A DNA stretch of 64,000 nucleotides from an uncultured Bacteroidales bacterium (GCA_944322815.1 CALUQB010000009.1:12027-76026), one strand, 5' to 3'; counted from the first letter of the stretch, positions 38,568-49,087 are shown. Translations and numbers: made by a program. Notes: generated by a model not told the origin, from the sequence alone.

Positions 38568-39251
38568 ATGCGCAAGAAGACCGGTTACATACTGGCATTG
38601 TCCGTCATGGTGACAGCCGTCGCCATGACAGGACTGTCATCACATGCACAGACCCCGGAAACGCCAGACGGAATGTACATGCATTTCATGGTAGTGGACC
38701 GGGATACGGTGTTCACGGACGAGCTGCCTCCTGCCCGCGTGTATTCGAGAATGCCGCGCCAGAAAGGCCGCGAATGGAGAAAATACTACCGGCTGGTGCA
38801 CAATTTCAGCAAGACCTATCCATACGCCCTCGCAGCCAGACATCTCGTTCACGAAGTGGACAGCACGATAGAAGCCGACCACCTGAAACGGGCCAGACGC
38901 GACAGATACATAAACAGCATGCAGAAACAGCTGTTCGAAGACTTCGAGTCATCAATGCGCGGTCTTACGGTATCTCAGGGGGCACTGTTGATGAAACTCA
39001 TTGACCGGGAGGTCGGAAAATCCTCTTACTTTATAATAAAGGACTACAAGAACGGAATGGCGGCAGGTTTCTGGCAGGGAATAGCGAAAATTTTCGGCAC
39101 GGACCTGAAAAAGCCTTACGATCCGGAAGGAGAGGACAGACCGATAGAAGAACTGGTGGAACTGTGGGAAGCAGGTCAGTTCGAAGGCCTGTACTACTCG
39201 CTTTTCTGGAAATATCCGCCGGAAATAGAAATACCGTCGAAATACAGATAG
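38568..39251 (+). CDS. DUF4294-family protein
   Basis: Signal peptide; RLVHNFSKTYPYA, LTVSQGALLMKLIDRE, GFWQGIAKIFG.DLK..YDP. Confidence 0.85.
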   Translation: MRKKTGYILALSVMVTAVAMTGLSSHAQTPETPDGMYMHFMVVDRDTVFTDELPPARVYSRMPRQKGREWRKYYRLVHNFSKTYPYALAARHLVHEVDSTIEADHLKRARRDRYINSMQKQLFEDFESSMRGLTVSQGALLMKLIDREVGKSSYFIIKDYKNGMAAGFWQGIAKIFGTDLKKPYDPEGEDRPIEELVELWEAGQFEGLYYSLFWKYPPEIEIPSKYR

Positions 39252-39955
39252 GGCGAACCGTCGATCCAGTCTTTCAGCACATAAAGGTCGGCTCCTTCCG
39301 GAGTACGGATCTTCACGTCCACATGATAATGCCCGAATATGAAATAGTCAACCGGATGGGTTTTCTCATACTCGGAAGCGAATTTGTACAAAGGCTCATC
39401 CTTTCCCTTGAAAAAATATTCCGAATGGCGGGCAAGACGGTTCCGCCTCGACCATCCGTTCCCGAAGCGGAAAGCTATCCACGGATGGAGCATGCTGAAC
39501 AATATCTGGAGGAACCTGCAGTGAAAGATACCCCTCAGCATGCGGTAGCCGAACGGAACGGGGCCCAGACCGTCACCGTGGCCCAGACAGAAACGAGTTC
39601 CCAATATGTCCACATAAGCCGGCTGTTCAAGTCTGACCATCCCGAGCTCTTCGAAATAACGGTAAGCCCACACATCGTGATTGCCGGTAAAGAAATACAC
39701 CTTCACCCCGGCATCCATCAGATCCAGCAAAGCGGAAAAGACGCGGACATAGCCTTTCGGAACCACATCCCTGTATTCATACCAGAAATCCCATATATCA
39801 CCGAGCAAGTAAAGGGCCTCGGTCTTTTCCGCCGGTATGGAATGCAGAAAAGCCGTGAAACGGGACTCTCTTTCATCAGGATCTTTCACAGCCAGACCCA
39901 GATGAACGTCAGCGACGAAATATGTCAGATGCCGTATACTCATCTCATTCAGCAA
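39194..39955 (-). CDS. lpxH: UDP-2,3-diacylglucosamine diphosphatase
   Basis: ADVHLG, LLGDIWDFW, GNHD, GHGD, FGHYH metallophosphoesterase motifs. Confidence 0.9.
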   Translation of the reverse strand: MLNEMSIRHLTYFVADVHLGLAVKDPDERESRFTAFLHSIPAEKTEALYLLGDIWDFWYEYRDVVPKGYVRVFSALLDLMDAGVKVYFFTGNHDVWAYRYFEELGMVRLEQPAYVDILGTRFCLGHGDGLGPVPFGYRMLRGIFHCRFLQILFSMLHPWIAFRFGNGWSRRNRLARHSEYFFKGKDEPLYKFASEYEKTHPVDYFIFGHYHVDVKIRTPEGADLYVLKDWIDGSPYLYFDGISISGGYFQKSE

Positions 39956-39997
39956 CGAAGTTTCATGCCGGTGCGGCCAAAGACGGATTTCCCCGGG

Positions 39998-40807
39998 CTA
40001 ACCGAAGAGGAATATGCACAGAGCGACGATGGCACAATAGAGGGCGAACCATGACAGTTTTGCTTTCTTCACCAGGGCTATCATCACCTTGCATGCGAAA
40101 AGGCCCGAAACGAAGGCGGACACGAAACCGAGAGCAATAGGGAGAAGTCCTATGCCTGAACCTGTAATCTCACCTCCGACTACCTGCAGGAAGGCTTCGC
40201 CGAGAATCGGGACAAGCACCATGAGGAAAGAAAACTGTGCCATTACATCACGCCTGACTCCGCATATAAGCCCGACGGAAATCGTGGTACCAGAGCGGGA
40301 CAGCCCGGGAATCACGGCAAAAGCCTGGCCTATACCCACAGCAAGAGCCTGCCAGTAGGAAATGCCGTTGCGGCTGGTATTCTGTCTGTCAGCGGATTTT
40401 CTGAGCGGATTCGATGTCATGTCCGAGAAGAAAAGCAGGAAAGCTGTCATCACCAGAGCGACACCCACTACGAAAAGCGACTGGAACAGACCTTCGACGA
40501 ATGACTTGAAGAAGACGCCTATGATAAAGACAGGAATCATGGACACGCATATCTTCAGGATGTAATCAGTCTCGTCATTATAGCTGAACTTGAAAAGCCC
40601 TTTCAGAAGTTTCCAGATCTGATGACGGAAGACGACGATGGTACTCAGTACGGTAGCAGCATGCACTGCCACCTCGAAAACCAGATCGCCCGATTCCTCC
40701 ACGCCGAGAATTTCGCGTCCTATCACCAGATGACCGCTGCTGCTCACCGGCAGGAACTCCGTCAGGCCCTGGACAATCCCGAGAATAATAGCTTCAAACC
40801 ATTCCAT
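39998..40807 (-). CDS. uppP: Undecaprenyl-diphosphate phosphatase
   Basis: GIVQGLTEFLPVSSSGH, PGLSRSGTT; start moved to 40807. Confidence 0.96.
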   Translation of the reverse strand: MEWFEAIILGIVQGLTEFLPVSSSGHLVIGREILGVEESGDLVFEVAVHAATVLSTIVVFRHQIWKLLKGLFKFSYNDETDYILKICVSMIPVFIIGVFFKSFVEGLFQSLFVVGVALVMTAFLLFFSDMTSNPLRKSADRQNTSRNGISYWQALAVGIGQAFAVIPGLSRSGTTISVGLICGVRRDVMAQFSFLMVLVPILGEAFLQVVGGEITGSGIGLLPIALGFVSAFVSGLFACKVMIALVKKAKLSWFALYCAIVALCIFLFG

Positions 40808-40818
40808 AATAAAGAGAC

Positions 40819-41058
40819 TTATTCCGATTTCACATCCTCGTCGCCATTCCTGTTCATGATACCGGCTATGATGACTATGATTCCGCACAATATCACCACC
40901 GGAGCCGCCACCAGGCGTCTGAAATCAAACATGGCGTAATTGAACACCTCGGGATCCTTCACTCCGCCGCCGGCAAGCAGGATATACCCCGCCACCACTA
41001 CTATGAATCCGGCCAGTACGAACCTGAGCCCTTTACGTGTAATAGGCATATTTTCCAT
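40819..41058 (-). CDS. DUF3098 small membrane protein
   Basis: Two TM segments, GYILLAGGG, RRLVAAP; usual ftsX-DUF3098-uppP context. Confidence 0.85.
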   Translation of the reverse strand: MENMPITRKGLRFVLAGFIVVVAGYILLAGGGVKDPEVFNYAMFDFRRLVAAPVVILCGIIVIIAGIMNRNGDEDVKSE

Positions 41059-41065
41059 ATCAAAA

Positions 41066-41944
41066 TCAATAATACAGGTCATCCTTGTTCAGGGAAACCA
41101 GCTTGTTCACGACAAAATAAGTGCTGGACATACATATCAGAACCCCCGCAGCCAGGACTATGCCCATGACTGCCAGCAGAAGATCCAGGCTGAAAATCCT
41201 GAACAGCTGCGCTACCTCGCTCCTGATGAAATACAGCAGGCCGATGAGGCCGAGAATGGCGATCATGGCAGAAAATATGCCCTGGAAGACCGCCTGGACC
41301 ATGAACGGCGCTCTGATGAAAGCACGGGTGGCTCCCACGAGCTTCATGGTATGAATAGTAAACCTCCTGGCATAGACATTCAGACGTATAGTATTGTTTA
41401 TCAGCACGAACGAGACGAAAAGCAAAAGAATGATGAAAACGCCGAGAACCAGGGAAATCTTGCTCAGGTTCGCATTCAGGGCTTCCACCAGTGATGGCTG
41501 GTACACGACCTCATCGACCAGAGGTGACCGGGAAATTTCCGTTTTCACCATATCCAGACTGTCGGCGGAAACATAATCGGCTTTCAGTGTCACATCTATG
41601 GAAACAGGTATGGGACTGGATTCGAATACGTCCAGGAAGTCGTCTCCAAGCATGGCGGCCATCTCTTTCTCCCCCTGTTCCACGGATATGTATTCCGTAG
41701 ACTTGATATATCTTTCAGAACCGAGATCAAGCAGGAAATCCTTTGCCCTCTTTTCGCTGACGTCCTGCTTCAGCATCACGGTAATCTGCATGTTTTCCTT
41801 GAAATAGTCAGAGACCGTCCTGGCGTTCACCAGCAGGAGACTCGCAATCCCTACCAGAAGAAGTACCAGGCTGATACTTATCACAGTCGACATGTAAGCG
41901 TTCCTCAGACGCCTGCTGATTATGCCGTTTTCTTCTCTTCCCAT
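41066..41944 (-). CDS. ftsX: Cell division permease FtsX
   Basis: TVISISLVLLLVG, LINNTIRL, TMKLVGAT; start 41944 or 41953. Confidence 0.93.
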   Translation of the reverse strand: MGREENGIISRRLRNAYMSTVISISLVLLLVGIASLLLVNARTVSDYFKENMQITVMLKQDVSEKRAKDFLLDLGSERYIKSTEYISVEQGEKEMAAMLGDDFLDVFESSPIPVSIDVTLKADYVSADSLDMVKTEISRSPLVDEVVYQPSLVEALNANLSKISLVLGVFIILLLFVSFVLINNTIRLNVYARRFTIHTMKLVGATRAFIRAPFMVQAVFQGIFSAMIAILGLIGLLYFIRSEVAQLFRIFSLDLLLAVMGIVLAAGVLICMSSTYFVVNKLVSLNKDDLYY

Positions 41945-41970
41945 AAATCTCATCAGACCATATTAGGGGT

Positions 41971-42008
41971 CAAAGATAATGAAATATCAAAAAAAAATAT
42001 TACATTTG
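41971..42008. promoter_or_regulatory. Back-to-back divergent -7 elements
   Basis: TATCTTTG on minus (41978-41971) for ftsX; TACATTTG on plus (42001-42008) for the GT5 gene. Confidence 0.65.
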
Positions 42009-42030
42009 TTGAGTTTTTGTCTTTAAAACC

Positions 42031-42858
42031 TTGAATATGGGAGATTCTGCTAAAAAAATTCTGTTTGTCAACTCGGAGATATTTCCATATCTTCCAGAGA
42101 GTGACATCTCCAAGATAGGGCGTTTTCTTCCACAGGGAATCCAGGAAAGGAAAAAAGAAATCCGATCATTCATGCCCCGGTACGGCTGCATCAACGAAAG
42201 GAAAAACCAGCTCCATGAAGTGATCCGCCTGTCAGGAATGAACATCATCATAAACGATGTCGACCGGCCGCTGGTCATCAAGGTAGCCTCCATATCAGCC
42301 GCCAGGATGCAGGTCTATTTCATAGACAATGAAGACTATTTCCACCGCAAGCAGATATATCACGATGCGGAAGGGAATTTTTTCGAAGACAACGGTGAGC
42401 GTGCAGTCTTTTTCGCCAGAGGCGTACTTGAAACAGTAAAGAAGCTCAGATGGGCTCCGGACATAGTGCACTGCCACGGATGGATTTCGCAGATACTCCC
42501 TCTATACCTGAAAAAAGTCTACTGCGACGATCCTATATTCTCCGACAGCAAAGTCGTACTGTCTCTGTACGATGACATATCTCCGGACGAGAAATTCCCG
42601 GATGACTTCAAGGAAAAAATCAGGTTCGGAGACATCTCCGGAAAAGACATGGAGGCCATGGAGAAACCCGATGGCATAAATCTTGCAAAACTCGCCGTCC
42701 GCTACGCCGACGGCATCATAATGGGTTCGGAAACGATAGCTCCGGAACTGGCAGACTATTGCCGGGAGTCCGGCCTTCCGTTGCTTCCATACAGTGCCGG
42801 AGACCTGGAATCAGGGGCGTATATCGACATTTACAACGATTTTTACGACAAGTTTTAG
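42031..42858 (+). CDS. Glycogen/starch synthase catalytic-domain protein (GT5 N-domain only)
   Basis: IRSFMPRYGCINERKNQLHEVIRLSGMN, WAPDIVHCHGW. Confidence 0.9.
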   Translation: MNMGDSAKKILFVNSEIFPYLPESDISKIGRFLPQGIQERKKEIRSFMPRYGCINERKNQLHEVIRLSGMNIIINDVDRPLVIKVASISAARMQVYFIDNEDYFHRKQIYHDAEGNFFEDNGERAVFFARGVLETVKKLRWAPDIVHCHGWISQILPLYLKKVYCDDPIFSDSKVVLSLYDDISPDEKFPDDFKEKIRFGDISGKDMEAMEKPDGINLAKLAVRYADGIIMGSETIAPELADYCRESGLPLLPYSAGDLESGAYIDIYNDFYDKF

Positions 42859-42861
42859 AAA

Positions 42862-44577
42862 ATGCATTTGAAATTCTTATACCTCGCGGCAAGTATTCTG
42901 GCAGTGACAGGCAGCGCCCTGTCCTGTGTGGAGATCAATGAAGAACTCGGAAAGGAATACATCCCCGTGAGGCATCAGTACGATGTCTATACGGACACGA
43001 TATACCTTCACGACATCCGTCAGGAAAAGCCTGACAAGCTCTCAGGATACAGTTCATCCAGAATCACCATAGGAGCAGTCAGGGACGAATCCGGATTCAC
43101 TACCAGAAGCTCGGCATTTCCTCTGATTCCCACAGGAGCGGATATGGATTTCGGCGAAAATCCGGTTTGTACCCAGTTCCACTTCACGGCAGTGAGGGAC
43201 ACTCTGTCCTGGCCGGAAGAGAATCAGGCCCACATCATACAGAATATAAATGTCTACAAACTGACGGAACCGATCGGAGAAGATGACGGATACATGGTCA
43301 GTCAGGACAAACTTAAAATAGGAGAAAGGGTCGCACCCGTGGTGACGTATTTCGGGCAGGATTCGCTGTCGTTCAATTTCAACACAGGTTTCGGGCAGGA
43401 ATACATTGACGTTCTCTCAGCCATGATGAAAGACCCGAAGAAAGAGGGGCTTGACTCAGTAAGCAACTATGTGAAGAAACTCCCGGGAATATATATCACG
43501 GCTGACACACCGTCCACAGAAGGCGGCAGGATAAACATGTTCGAACTTGCCCTCGGCATCGAGAAAGACAGCTACTATGTTTACGGAAACTATGCGGAAC
43601 TGAAATTCAGGTCGAAATACGGAAACAGGGAAAATGTGGATACATCGTTCCTGTTCTTCTTCGGAGCCCAGGACATGCAGGTCTATGAAGATGCGGAAAG
43701 CGAATACGTGACACCGGCGCGGACAGCACAATATGCTCTGAACCTGTCACATTCCGAGAACAACATGATAGCAGCCGGGCAGACAGCTTCGGATCGCATA
43801 TATGTGGAAGGCGGAGATGGGGTGAAGCCTGTCATTTCTTCAAAGGAAATCAAGGAAAGCCTGACGGAACTGTTCTCTGAGGAAGGCATAAATCCGGCCG
43901 ACGTCATCATCCACAAGGCATCGGTAGTCCTGCCTTACGATTTCAATACAGAAGATTACGACAAGATGTATCTGTACCCTGCCCGCCTTAGCCCGACATG
44001 CAGGATAACCCTGGAAAATGACGAATCCGAAGAAGAACAGGTCACATATGCAGGTCTGACGGACGCAAGCGTTGAAACGGAAAACCAGGGTGACATAAAC
44101 CGCTCACTGAATTGCTACGCCCCGGATATCAGCCACCATGTCCAGGAAATTCTCAGACGGACGGAAGATTCGAATTACAGCGACTATGATATCTGGCTGT
44201 TGAACATGGCGGAAGAAGTAGTGGAAACCCAGGGCAGCGGAAACAGCGAACTGAGTGATTACTACAGGAATCTCATGTACTATGACTACTACAACAGCAT
44301 ATACAACCCTTACGGATACGGAGGATATTACGGAGGGTACTACGGATACGGCTATGACAGCTACTACGGCATGAGCAACTACTACAACTACATGCTCGCC
44401 GCACAGTATGCCAGCCAGTCATCGTCCTCTACCTCGGTGAGCATGCAACTGGACAACGACAGATATTACAAATGTATCCTCAGGGGTCCCGATGCTGACG
44501 GAGGGCTTTCTGAAAAAAACAAGAATTTACCGCGGCTAATCGTCACTTACTCTGTCTCAAAGACATCTGGACGCTGA
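42862..44577 (+). CDS. DUF4270-like lipoprotein with Tyr/Gly-rich insert
   Basis: Lipobox ALSC; position directly after the GT5 gene, where Bacteroidales carry DUF4270. Confidence 0.7.
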   Translation: MHLKFLYLAASILAVTGSALSCVEINEELGKEYIPVRHQYDVYTDTIYLHDIRQEKPDKLSGYSSSRITIGAVRDESGFTTRSSAFPLIPTGADMDFGENPVCTQFHFTAVRDTLSWPEENQAHIIQNINVYKLTEPIGEDDGYMVSQDKLKIGERVAPVVTYFGQDSLSFNFNTGFGQEYIDVLSAMMKDPKKEGLDSVSNYVKKLPGIYITADTPSTEGGRINMFELALGIEKDSYYVYGNYAELKFRSKYGNRENVDTSFLFFFGAQDMQVYEDAESEYVTPARTAQYALNLSHSENNMIAAGQTASDRIYVEGGDGVKPVISSKEIKESLTELFSEEGINPADVIIHKASVVLPYDFNTEDYDKMYLYPARLSPTCRITLENDESEEEQVTYAGLTDASVETENQGDINRSLNCYAPDISHHVQEILRRTEDSNYSDYDIWLLNMAEEVVETQGSGNSELSDYYRNLMYYDYYNSIYNPYGYGGYYGGYYGYGYDSYYGMSNYYNYMLAAQYASQSSSSTSVSMQLDNDRYYKCILRGPDADGGLSEKNKNLPRLIVTYSVSKTSGR

Positions 44578-44611
44578 CCTGAAACTGCTGCGGGCAACAA
44601 GGTTACACATT

Positions 44612-44647
44612 AAAAAAACGGCTTGAAAAATCTTCAAGCCGTTTTTT
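44612..44647. terminator. Bidirectional terminator
   Basis: A7-CGGCTTGAA-AAATC-TTCAAGCCG-T6 between convergent genes. Confidence 0.88.
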
Positions 44648-44671
44648 ATCTGCAATTCTGACAATTTTGAA

Positions 44672-44914
44672 TTAAGCGTTGAGCTTTTTCTCGATGTAGT
44701 CGATAGCATCTTTTACAGTGGAAATCTTCTCACCTGCATCCTCATCAGGAATAGTGATATTGAAAGCTTTTTCAAACTCCATGATAAGTTCTACTGTATC
44801 AAGAGAATCTGCACCAAGATCATTTGTAAAGCTTGCAGTCTCTGTAACTTCGGATTCGTCAACGCCGAGTTTGTCAACGATAATTGCCTTTACTTTGTTT
44901 GCAACTTCTGACAT
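44672..44914 (-). CDS. acpP: Acyl carrier protein
   Basis: [12 protein letters not shown] phosphopantetheine motif. Confidence 0.98.
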   Translation of the reverse strand: MSEVANKVKAIIVDKLGVDESEVTETASFTNDLGADSLDTVELIMEFEKAFNITIPDEDAGEKISTVKDAIDYIEKKLNA

Positions 44915-44978
44915 AATGTTAAGAATTTAATTAATTAATAAGTTTATGTTTAATACACTTAAAATCACAATCTGGGCG

Positions 44979-44986
44979 CAAAGATA
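44979..44986 (-). promoter_or_regulatory. -7 promoter element for acpP
   Basis: TATCTTTG 64 nt upstream of the ATG. Confidence 0.7.
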
Positions 44987-45013
44987 GAAAATTTTTGCGA
45001 AAAAACGAACAAA

Positions 45014-46804
45014 TCAGGAATTTAACTCATCATGTATTCTCCTGGCAAGCTCCGCACCTACCATTCCGGACAAGTCATCAACGGATGCCGCCGCTATTCT
45101 GGAGACACTGCCATAGTGCAGGATGAGACGCTGCTCGGTCTTTTCGCCTACGCCCTTAATCTCCCTGAGGGCCGAACGGATCTGGGCCTTGCTCCTGAGA
45201 TTCCTGTGATGAGTGATTCCGAATCTGTGCGCCTCGTCACGGATATGTTGCATGACTTTCAGTGCCTGCGAGTTCCTGTCGAGAAACAAAGGATGCGGGT
45301 CCCCCACCCTGATGATCTCCTCAAAACGCTTCGCCAGTCCCACTACTGTAAGCCGGTCCGCTATGCCGAGCTCATACAAGGCCTCGTACGCACATCCAAG
45401 CTGTCCTTTTCCACCGTCGATCACGATGAGCTGGGGCAGATCGTCAGGAGCTTCACGCAGCATCCTGGAGTAACGTCTGTTGACTATTTCCTTCATGGAC
45501 GCGAAATCGTTCGGTCCCACGACAGTCTTGACATTGAAATGCCTGTAGTCCTTTTTGGAAGGGACGCCGTCTCTGAAAACCACGCATGAAGCCACCGGAT
45601 TGGTTCCGGAAATGTTGGAGTTGTCGAAGCACTCGATGTGCACAGGGAGTTCCTTCATGCCGAGCGCCGTCTGCAGCTCCTCCAGGACCTTGCGTCTGAA
45701 CTCGTCAGGATCAGTATGTTCCTTCTGCTTGAGAGAGTTGAACCTCATCTCCTTCGCATTTTTCAGGCTGAGTTCGAGAAGTGCCAGCTTGTCACCTTTC
45801 ATAGGAATGCGGAATTCTACGCCGGCTATTTCGACATCAGGCTTGAACGGTACGATGACTTCTCCCGACAAGGCTCCGAACTTCGACTGGATTTCGGCAA
45901 GGAATATCCCCAGAACCTCTGCCCGGTCCTCTTCGATATTCATCCTGAATCCAAGATTCAAAGACTGTATCACCGCCCCGTCCTTCAACCGCATGAAATT
46001 TCCGTATGCCTCATTCGAATCGAACACAAGGGAGAACACATCCACGCTCCCTATCACGGTATTCACGATAAGTGACTTGCTGTAATGCTTCTCCAGCGAA
46101 ACCATCTTTTTCCTGTACTCCTCCGCCGCCTCGAAATCCAGCCGTTCCGCCGCTTCCGTCATCTGTTCTTTCAGATGCCTTATCATTTCCCGTCCGCCTC
46201 CTTTCAGGAGCCGGACAATGTCTTCGATATTGCCGTTGTATTCTTTCGCTGAAATACCACCGACACAGCAACCCTTGCACCTGCCTATATGAAAGTCCAG
46301 ACAAGGCCTGAATTTTTTCTTCATGATGGCATCGGACGTGATCTTCAGGGTACAGCTGCGCAGCGGATAAAGTTCCGTAAAAAGCTCAAGCAGATTCCTC
46401 GCATGCATTACCGAACTGTACGGTCCGAAATATCTGGAACCGTCCCTGACCATCCTTCTGGTCAGATACACCCGCGGAAATTCATCGGCACTGACGCAGA
46501 TCCACGGATAGGTTTTGGAATCTTTCAGCAGGATATTGTACTTCGGCTTGTACTGTTTGATCAGATTGTTTTCGAGAAGAAGGGCGTCAGCTTCGGAATC
46601 CACGACGGAGTATTGCGCATCGGCTATCTTGGAGACCATGATGGCAGTCTTGCGGGTCAGCCTGTCGGGCGAGACGAAATACTGGGCCACCCGCTTGTGC
46701 AGATCCTTCGCCTTGCCGACATAAATGACGTTTCCCTCGGCGTCATAGTATCTGTAGACGCCGGGGGAATGCGGGAAAAGGGATATTTTTTCCTTTACGG
46801 TCAT
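45014..46804 (-). CDS. uvrC: Excinuclease ABC subunit C
   Basis: GIY-YIG (PGVYRY...YVGKAKDL), IECFDNS, IDGGKGQ, HhH. Confidence 0.97.
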   Translation of the reverse strand: MTVKEKISLFPHSPGVYRYYDAEGNVIYVGKAKDLHKRVAQYFVSPDRLTRKTAIMVSKIADAQYSVVDSEADALLLENNLIKQYKPKYNILLKDSKTYPWICVSADEFPRVYLTRRMVRDGSRYFGPYSSVMHARNLLELFTELYPLRSCTLKITSDAIMKKKFRPCLDFHIGRCKGCCVGGISAKEYNGNIEDIVRLLKGGGREMIRHLKEQMTEAAERLDFEAAEEYRKKMVSLEKHYSKSLIVNTVIGSVDVFSLVFDSNEAYGNFMRLKDGAVIQSLNLGFRMNIEEDRAEVLGIFLAEIQSKFGALSGEVIVPFKPDVEIAGVEFRIPMKGDKLALLELSLKNAKEMRFNSLKQKEHTDPDEFRRKVLEELQTALGMKELPVHIECFDNSNISGTNPVASCVVFRDGVPSKKDYRHFNVKTVVGPNDFASMKEIVNRRYSRMLREAPDDLPQLIVIDGGKGQLGCAYEALYELGIADRLTVVGLAKRFEEIIRVGDPHPLFLDRNSQALKVMQHIRDEAHRFGITHHRNLRSKAQIRSALREIKGVGEKTEQRLILHYGSVSRIAAASVDDLSGMVGAELARRIHDELNS

Positions 46805-46830
46805 GATCTCATCTCCACACCGGGCAAAGA

Positions 46831-49071
46831 CTATATTCCGATCTCATCGAGAATATACCCCATACCGGCATACCTGTCCAGAACCCAGAGAACATATCTG
46901 ATGTCCACGCAGACGCATTTCGTATAGCCGTCCACATAATAGACATCCGAAGCCAGAGACTCTTTGTTTCCGTCGAAAGCCAGACCTATCAGTTCGCCTT
47001 TCGAATTCATCACCGGAGAGCCTGAATTTCCTCCTGTAATATCGTTGTCCGTAAGGAAATTAACATGCATGCTGCCGTCCTTGTCAGCCCACCGGCCCCA
47101 GTCGCCTTCTTCAAGAAGTTCCAGCTGACGGTCTTCCATACCGAACTCATAGGAAGACGGATCATATTTTTCAAGGACTCCATCGGTAGTGGATCTCCAT
47201 GACCATGTCACGGCATCATAGGGTCTGATATCGCCTACGGTACCATAGGTGATCCTCATGGTGGAATTGGCATCAGGATACTGAGGTCTTCCTTCCTCCA
47301 GAGACTTGCGGTACATGGCATGGGTATATTCCTTGTCCAGAGACAGGATATCAGGCGTGCCTTCGACTGCAGCTATCCGCCTGTTCAGGGTGATGATCTT
47401 CAGATCCTGGAAGAACCGGTACATAGGGTCGGCAAGATATTCGTCAACAGTATGCTCTTCCGAAATGAAGGCTTCCAGCCTGGACTTGTCGGTCAGGATA
47501 CTGCCGTTCCAGAGATACTCCGTCATGGCGTCATAGTCGCATTGCCCGTCAGGGCCCGAAAAACGGGAATAAAGCTCTTTCTGCCAAGGACCGATGACGG
47601 AGTGGCTGATATTCTCATAAAATTCGCGGACAGAATAACGGAAAAGGTCTTTCTCCACGTCCGGTACGATGTGGTCATACTCTCCGAGAAGATTCTTCCT
47701 GACGGCATCATAGTCCATGCCGGAGAATCTGTAACACCGGCAGAAATTCAGTTCAGTAGAATCGGGACCACCTTTCTCGATGACCGTATGCATCCTGATG
47801 CGGTTTTTCTTGAGGACCTCACGCTTGAGCAGGTTGAGCCTGGTGGACATCCGGGACAGTGCCGTTCCTCTCACAAGCGTTTCTCGATAGTAGTTTATGT
47901 CTCTTTCGGCTTCTTCGACATCAGCATACTTCCTGTCCAGCATAGGGATGACTTCTCCCCATCTGGACTTACGTTCCGGATCGGCATCTATCCATGCCTG
48001 CAGGTCCCGTTCCTGAGCCGCCTTGCTCTCCACGACACCGAAGCGGCGTATGTTCTTCTCCTTTCCGCAGTTCATCTCCTGGACATTGCTCAGCCCGAAA
48101 TAGTAGTCGGAATATTTAAGTCTGATGGAAGGATCCGTATTCATCCAGCGGTTAACTATCGCCATCTGCTCTCCGCGAAGTCTGTTGGATATGGGCAGAG
48201 TGACTCTTTCCTCGAAATTCACCTCGGCGGACGAGCTGTACCTGTTCGTACGGCCGGGATAGCCTATGACCATGGTGAAATCGCCGGGTTTGTACCCTGC
48301 TGTGGAAACAGTCAGCTTCATCTCAGGTTTCAGAGGTATGTTGTCCTCCGAATATCCGGCAGGAGAGCCGTCCGGAGCCGTATAGATGCGGTACATGGCG
48401 AAGTCGCACTTGTGCTGGGGCCATTCCCAGTTGTCGATATCTCCGCCGAAAGCAGCGAAGGACACAGGCGGAGCAGCTACCAGACGTATGTCCGAATACA
48501 CCTTGTAGAACATCATGTAATATTTCTCGCCGCCCCACATTGAAGCCAGGGAAACATCCACACCGTCGGCCCCTGACCTGTACTTTTTCTCTATCTCGAA
48601 ACTTATCTTCCGCATACCGAAACGCTTTCCCTGCTGCCTGAACTCTTCCTGCATGGCATTCACCTCGTCAGTGACGTCCAGGACCTTCTTCAGGAAATAC
48701 ATGTTCTTCCCCGGTATAGGAATCTCCTCGTCACGGGACATGGCCCAGAAGCCGTCTTCAAGATAGTTCTTCTCATCAGTACTCAATGCATGCACATCGC
48801 TGTATGCACAATGATGGTTTGTGATGACGAGGCCGGCATCCGATATCACGCTGCCGGTACAGCCGAAATCAAGGGATACTACGGCATCCGATATCGTAGC
48901 CCCTTCCGCATCGGCATTGTATATTTCATTCGCGGACAGTTTCAGCCCGCGCTTTTTCATCTGCTTCTCCAGGGCCTTGTCGATACCGTTTATCATCCAC
49001 ATCCCTTCGTCAGCCCATGAGAGAGTCATTCCCAGGCAGAAGACTGCCAATACTGATATCAATTTTTTCAT
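46831..49071 (-). CDS. S46-family dipeptidyl peptidase (DPP7-like)
   Basis: ADEGMW, TNHHCA, DITGGNSGSP; Gly at Ser+18 (FDG, DPP7-type rather than DPP11 FDR); start moved to 49071. Confidence 0.93.
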   Translation of the reverse strand: MKKLISVLAVFCLGMTLSWADEGMWMINGIDKALEKQMKKRGLKLSANEIYNADAEGATISDAVVSLDFGCTGSVISDAGLVITNHHCAYSDVHALSTDEKNYLEDGFWAMSRDEEIPIPGKNMYFLKKVLDVTDEVNAMQEEFRQQGKRFGMRKISFEIEKKYRSGADGVDVSLASMWGGEKYYMMFYKVYSDIRLVAAPPVSFAAFGGDIDNWEWPQHKCDFAMYRIYTAPDGSPAGYSEDNIPLKPEMKLTVSTAGYKPGDFTMVIGYPGRTNRYSSSAEVNFEERVTLPISNRLRGEQMAIVNRWMNTDPSIRLKYSDYYFGLSNVQEMNCGKEKNIRRFGVVESKAAQERDLQAWIDADPERKSRWGEVIPMLDRKYADVEEAERDINYYRETLVRGTALSRMSTRLNLLKREVLKKNRIRMHTVIEKGGPDSTELNFCRCYRFSGMDYDAVRKNLLGEYDHIVPDVEKDLFRYSVREFYENISHSVIGPWQKELYSRFSGPDGQCDYDAMTEYLWNGSILTDKSRLEAFISEEHTVDEYLADPMYRFFQDLKIITLNRRIAAVEGTPDILSLDKEYTHAMYRKSLEEGRPQYPDANSTMRITYGTVGDIRPYDAVTWSWRSTTDGVLEKYDPSSYEFGMEDRQLELLEEGDWGRWADKDGSMHVNFLTDNDITGGNSGSPVMNSKGELIGLAFDGNKESLASDVYYVDGYTKCVCVDIRYVLWVLDRYAGMGYILDEIGI

Positions 49072-49087
49072 AATAAAAATATCATGG

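Noticed and set aside
42031-42858. Half-length glycogen synthase as a possible pseudogene
   Set aside because: The N-domain-only GT5 followed by a DUF4270-type lipoprotein is the standard Bacteroidales arrangement; the ORF is intact with its own promoter.
44672-44914. acpP standing alone without fabF
   Set aside because: It has its own promoter and terminator; this is a minor gene-order variation with nothing further to support interest.
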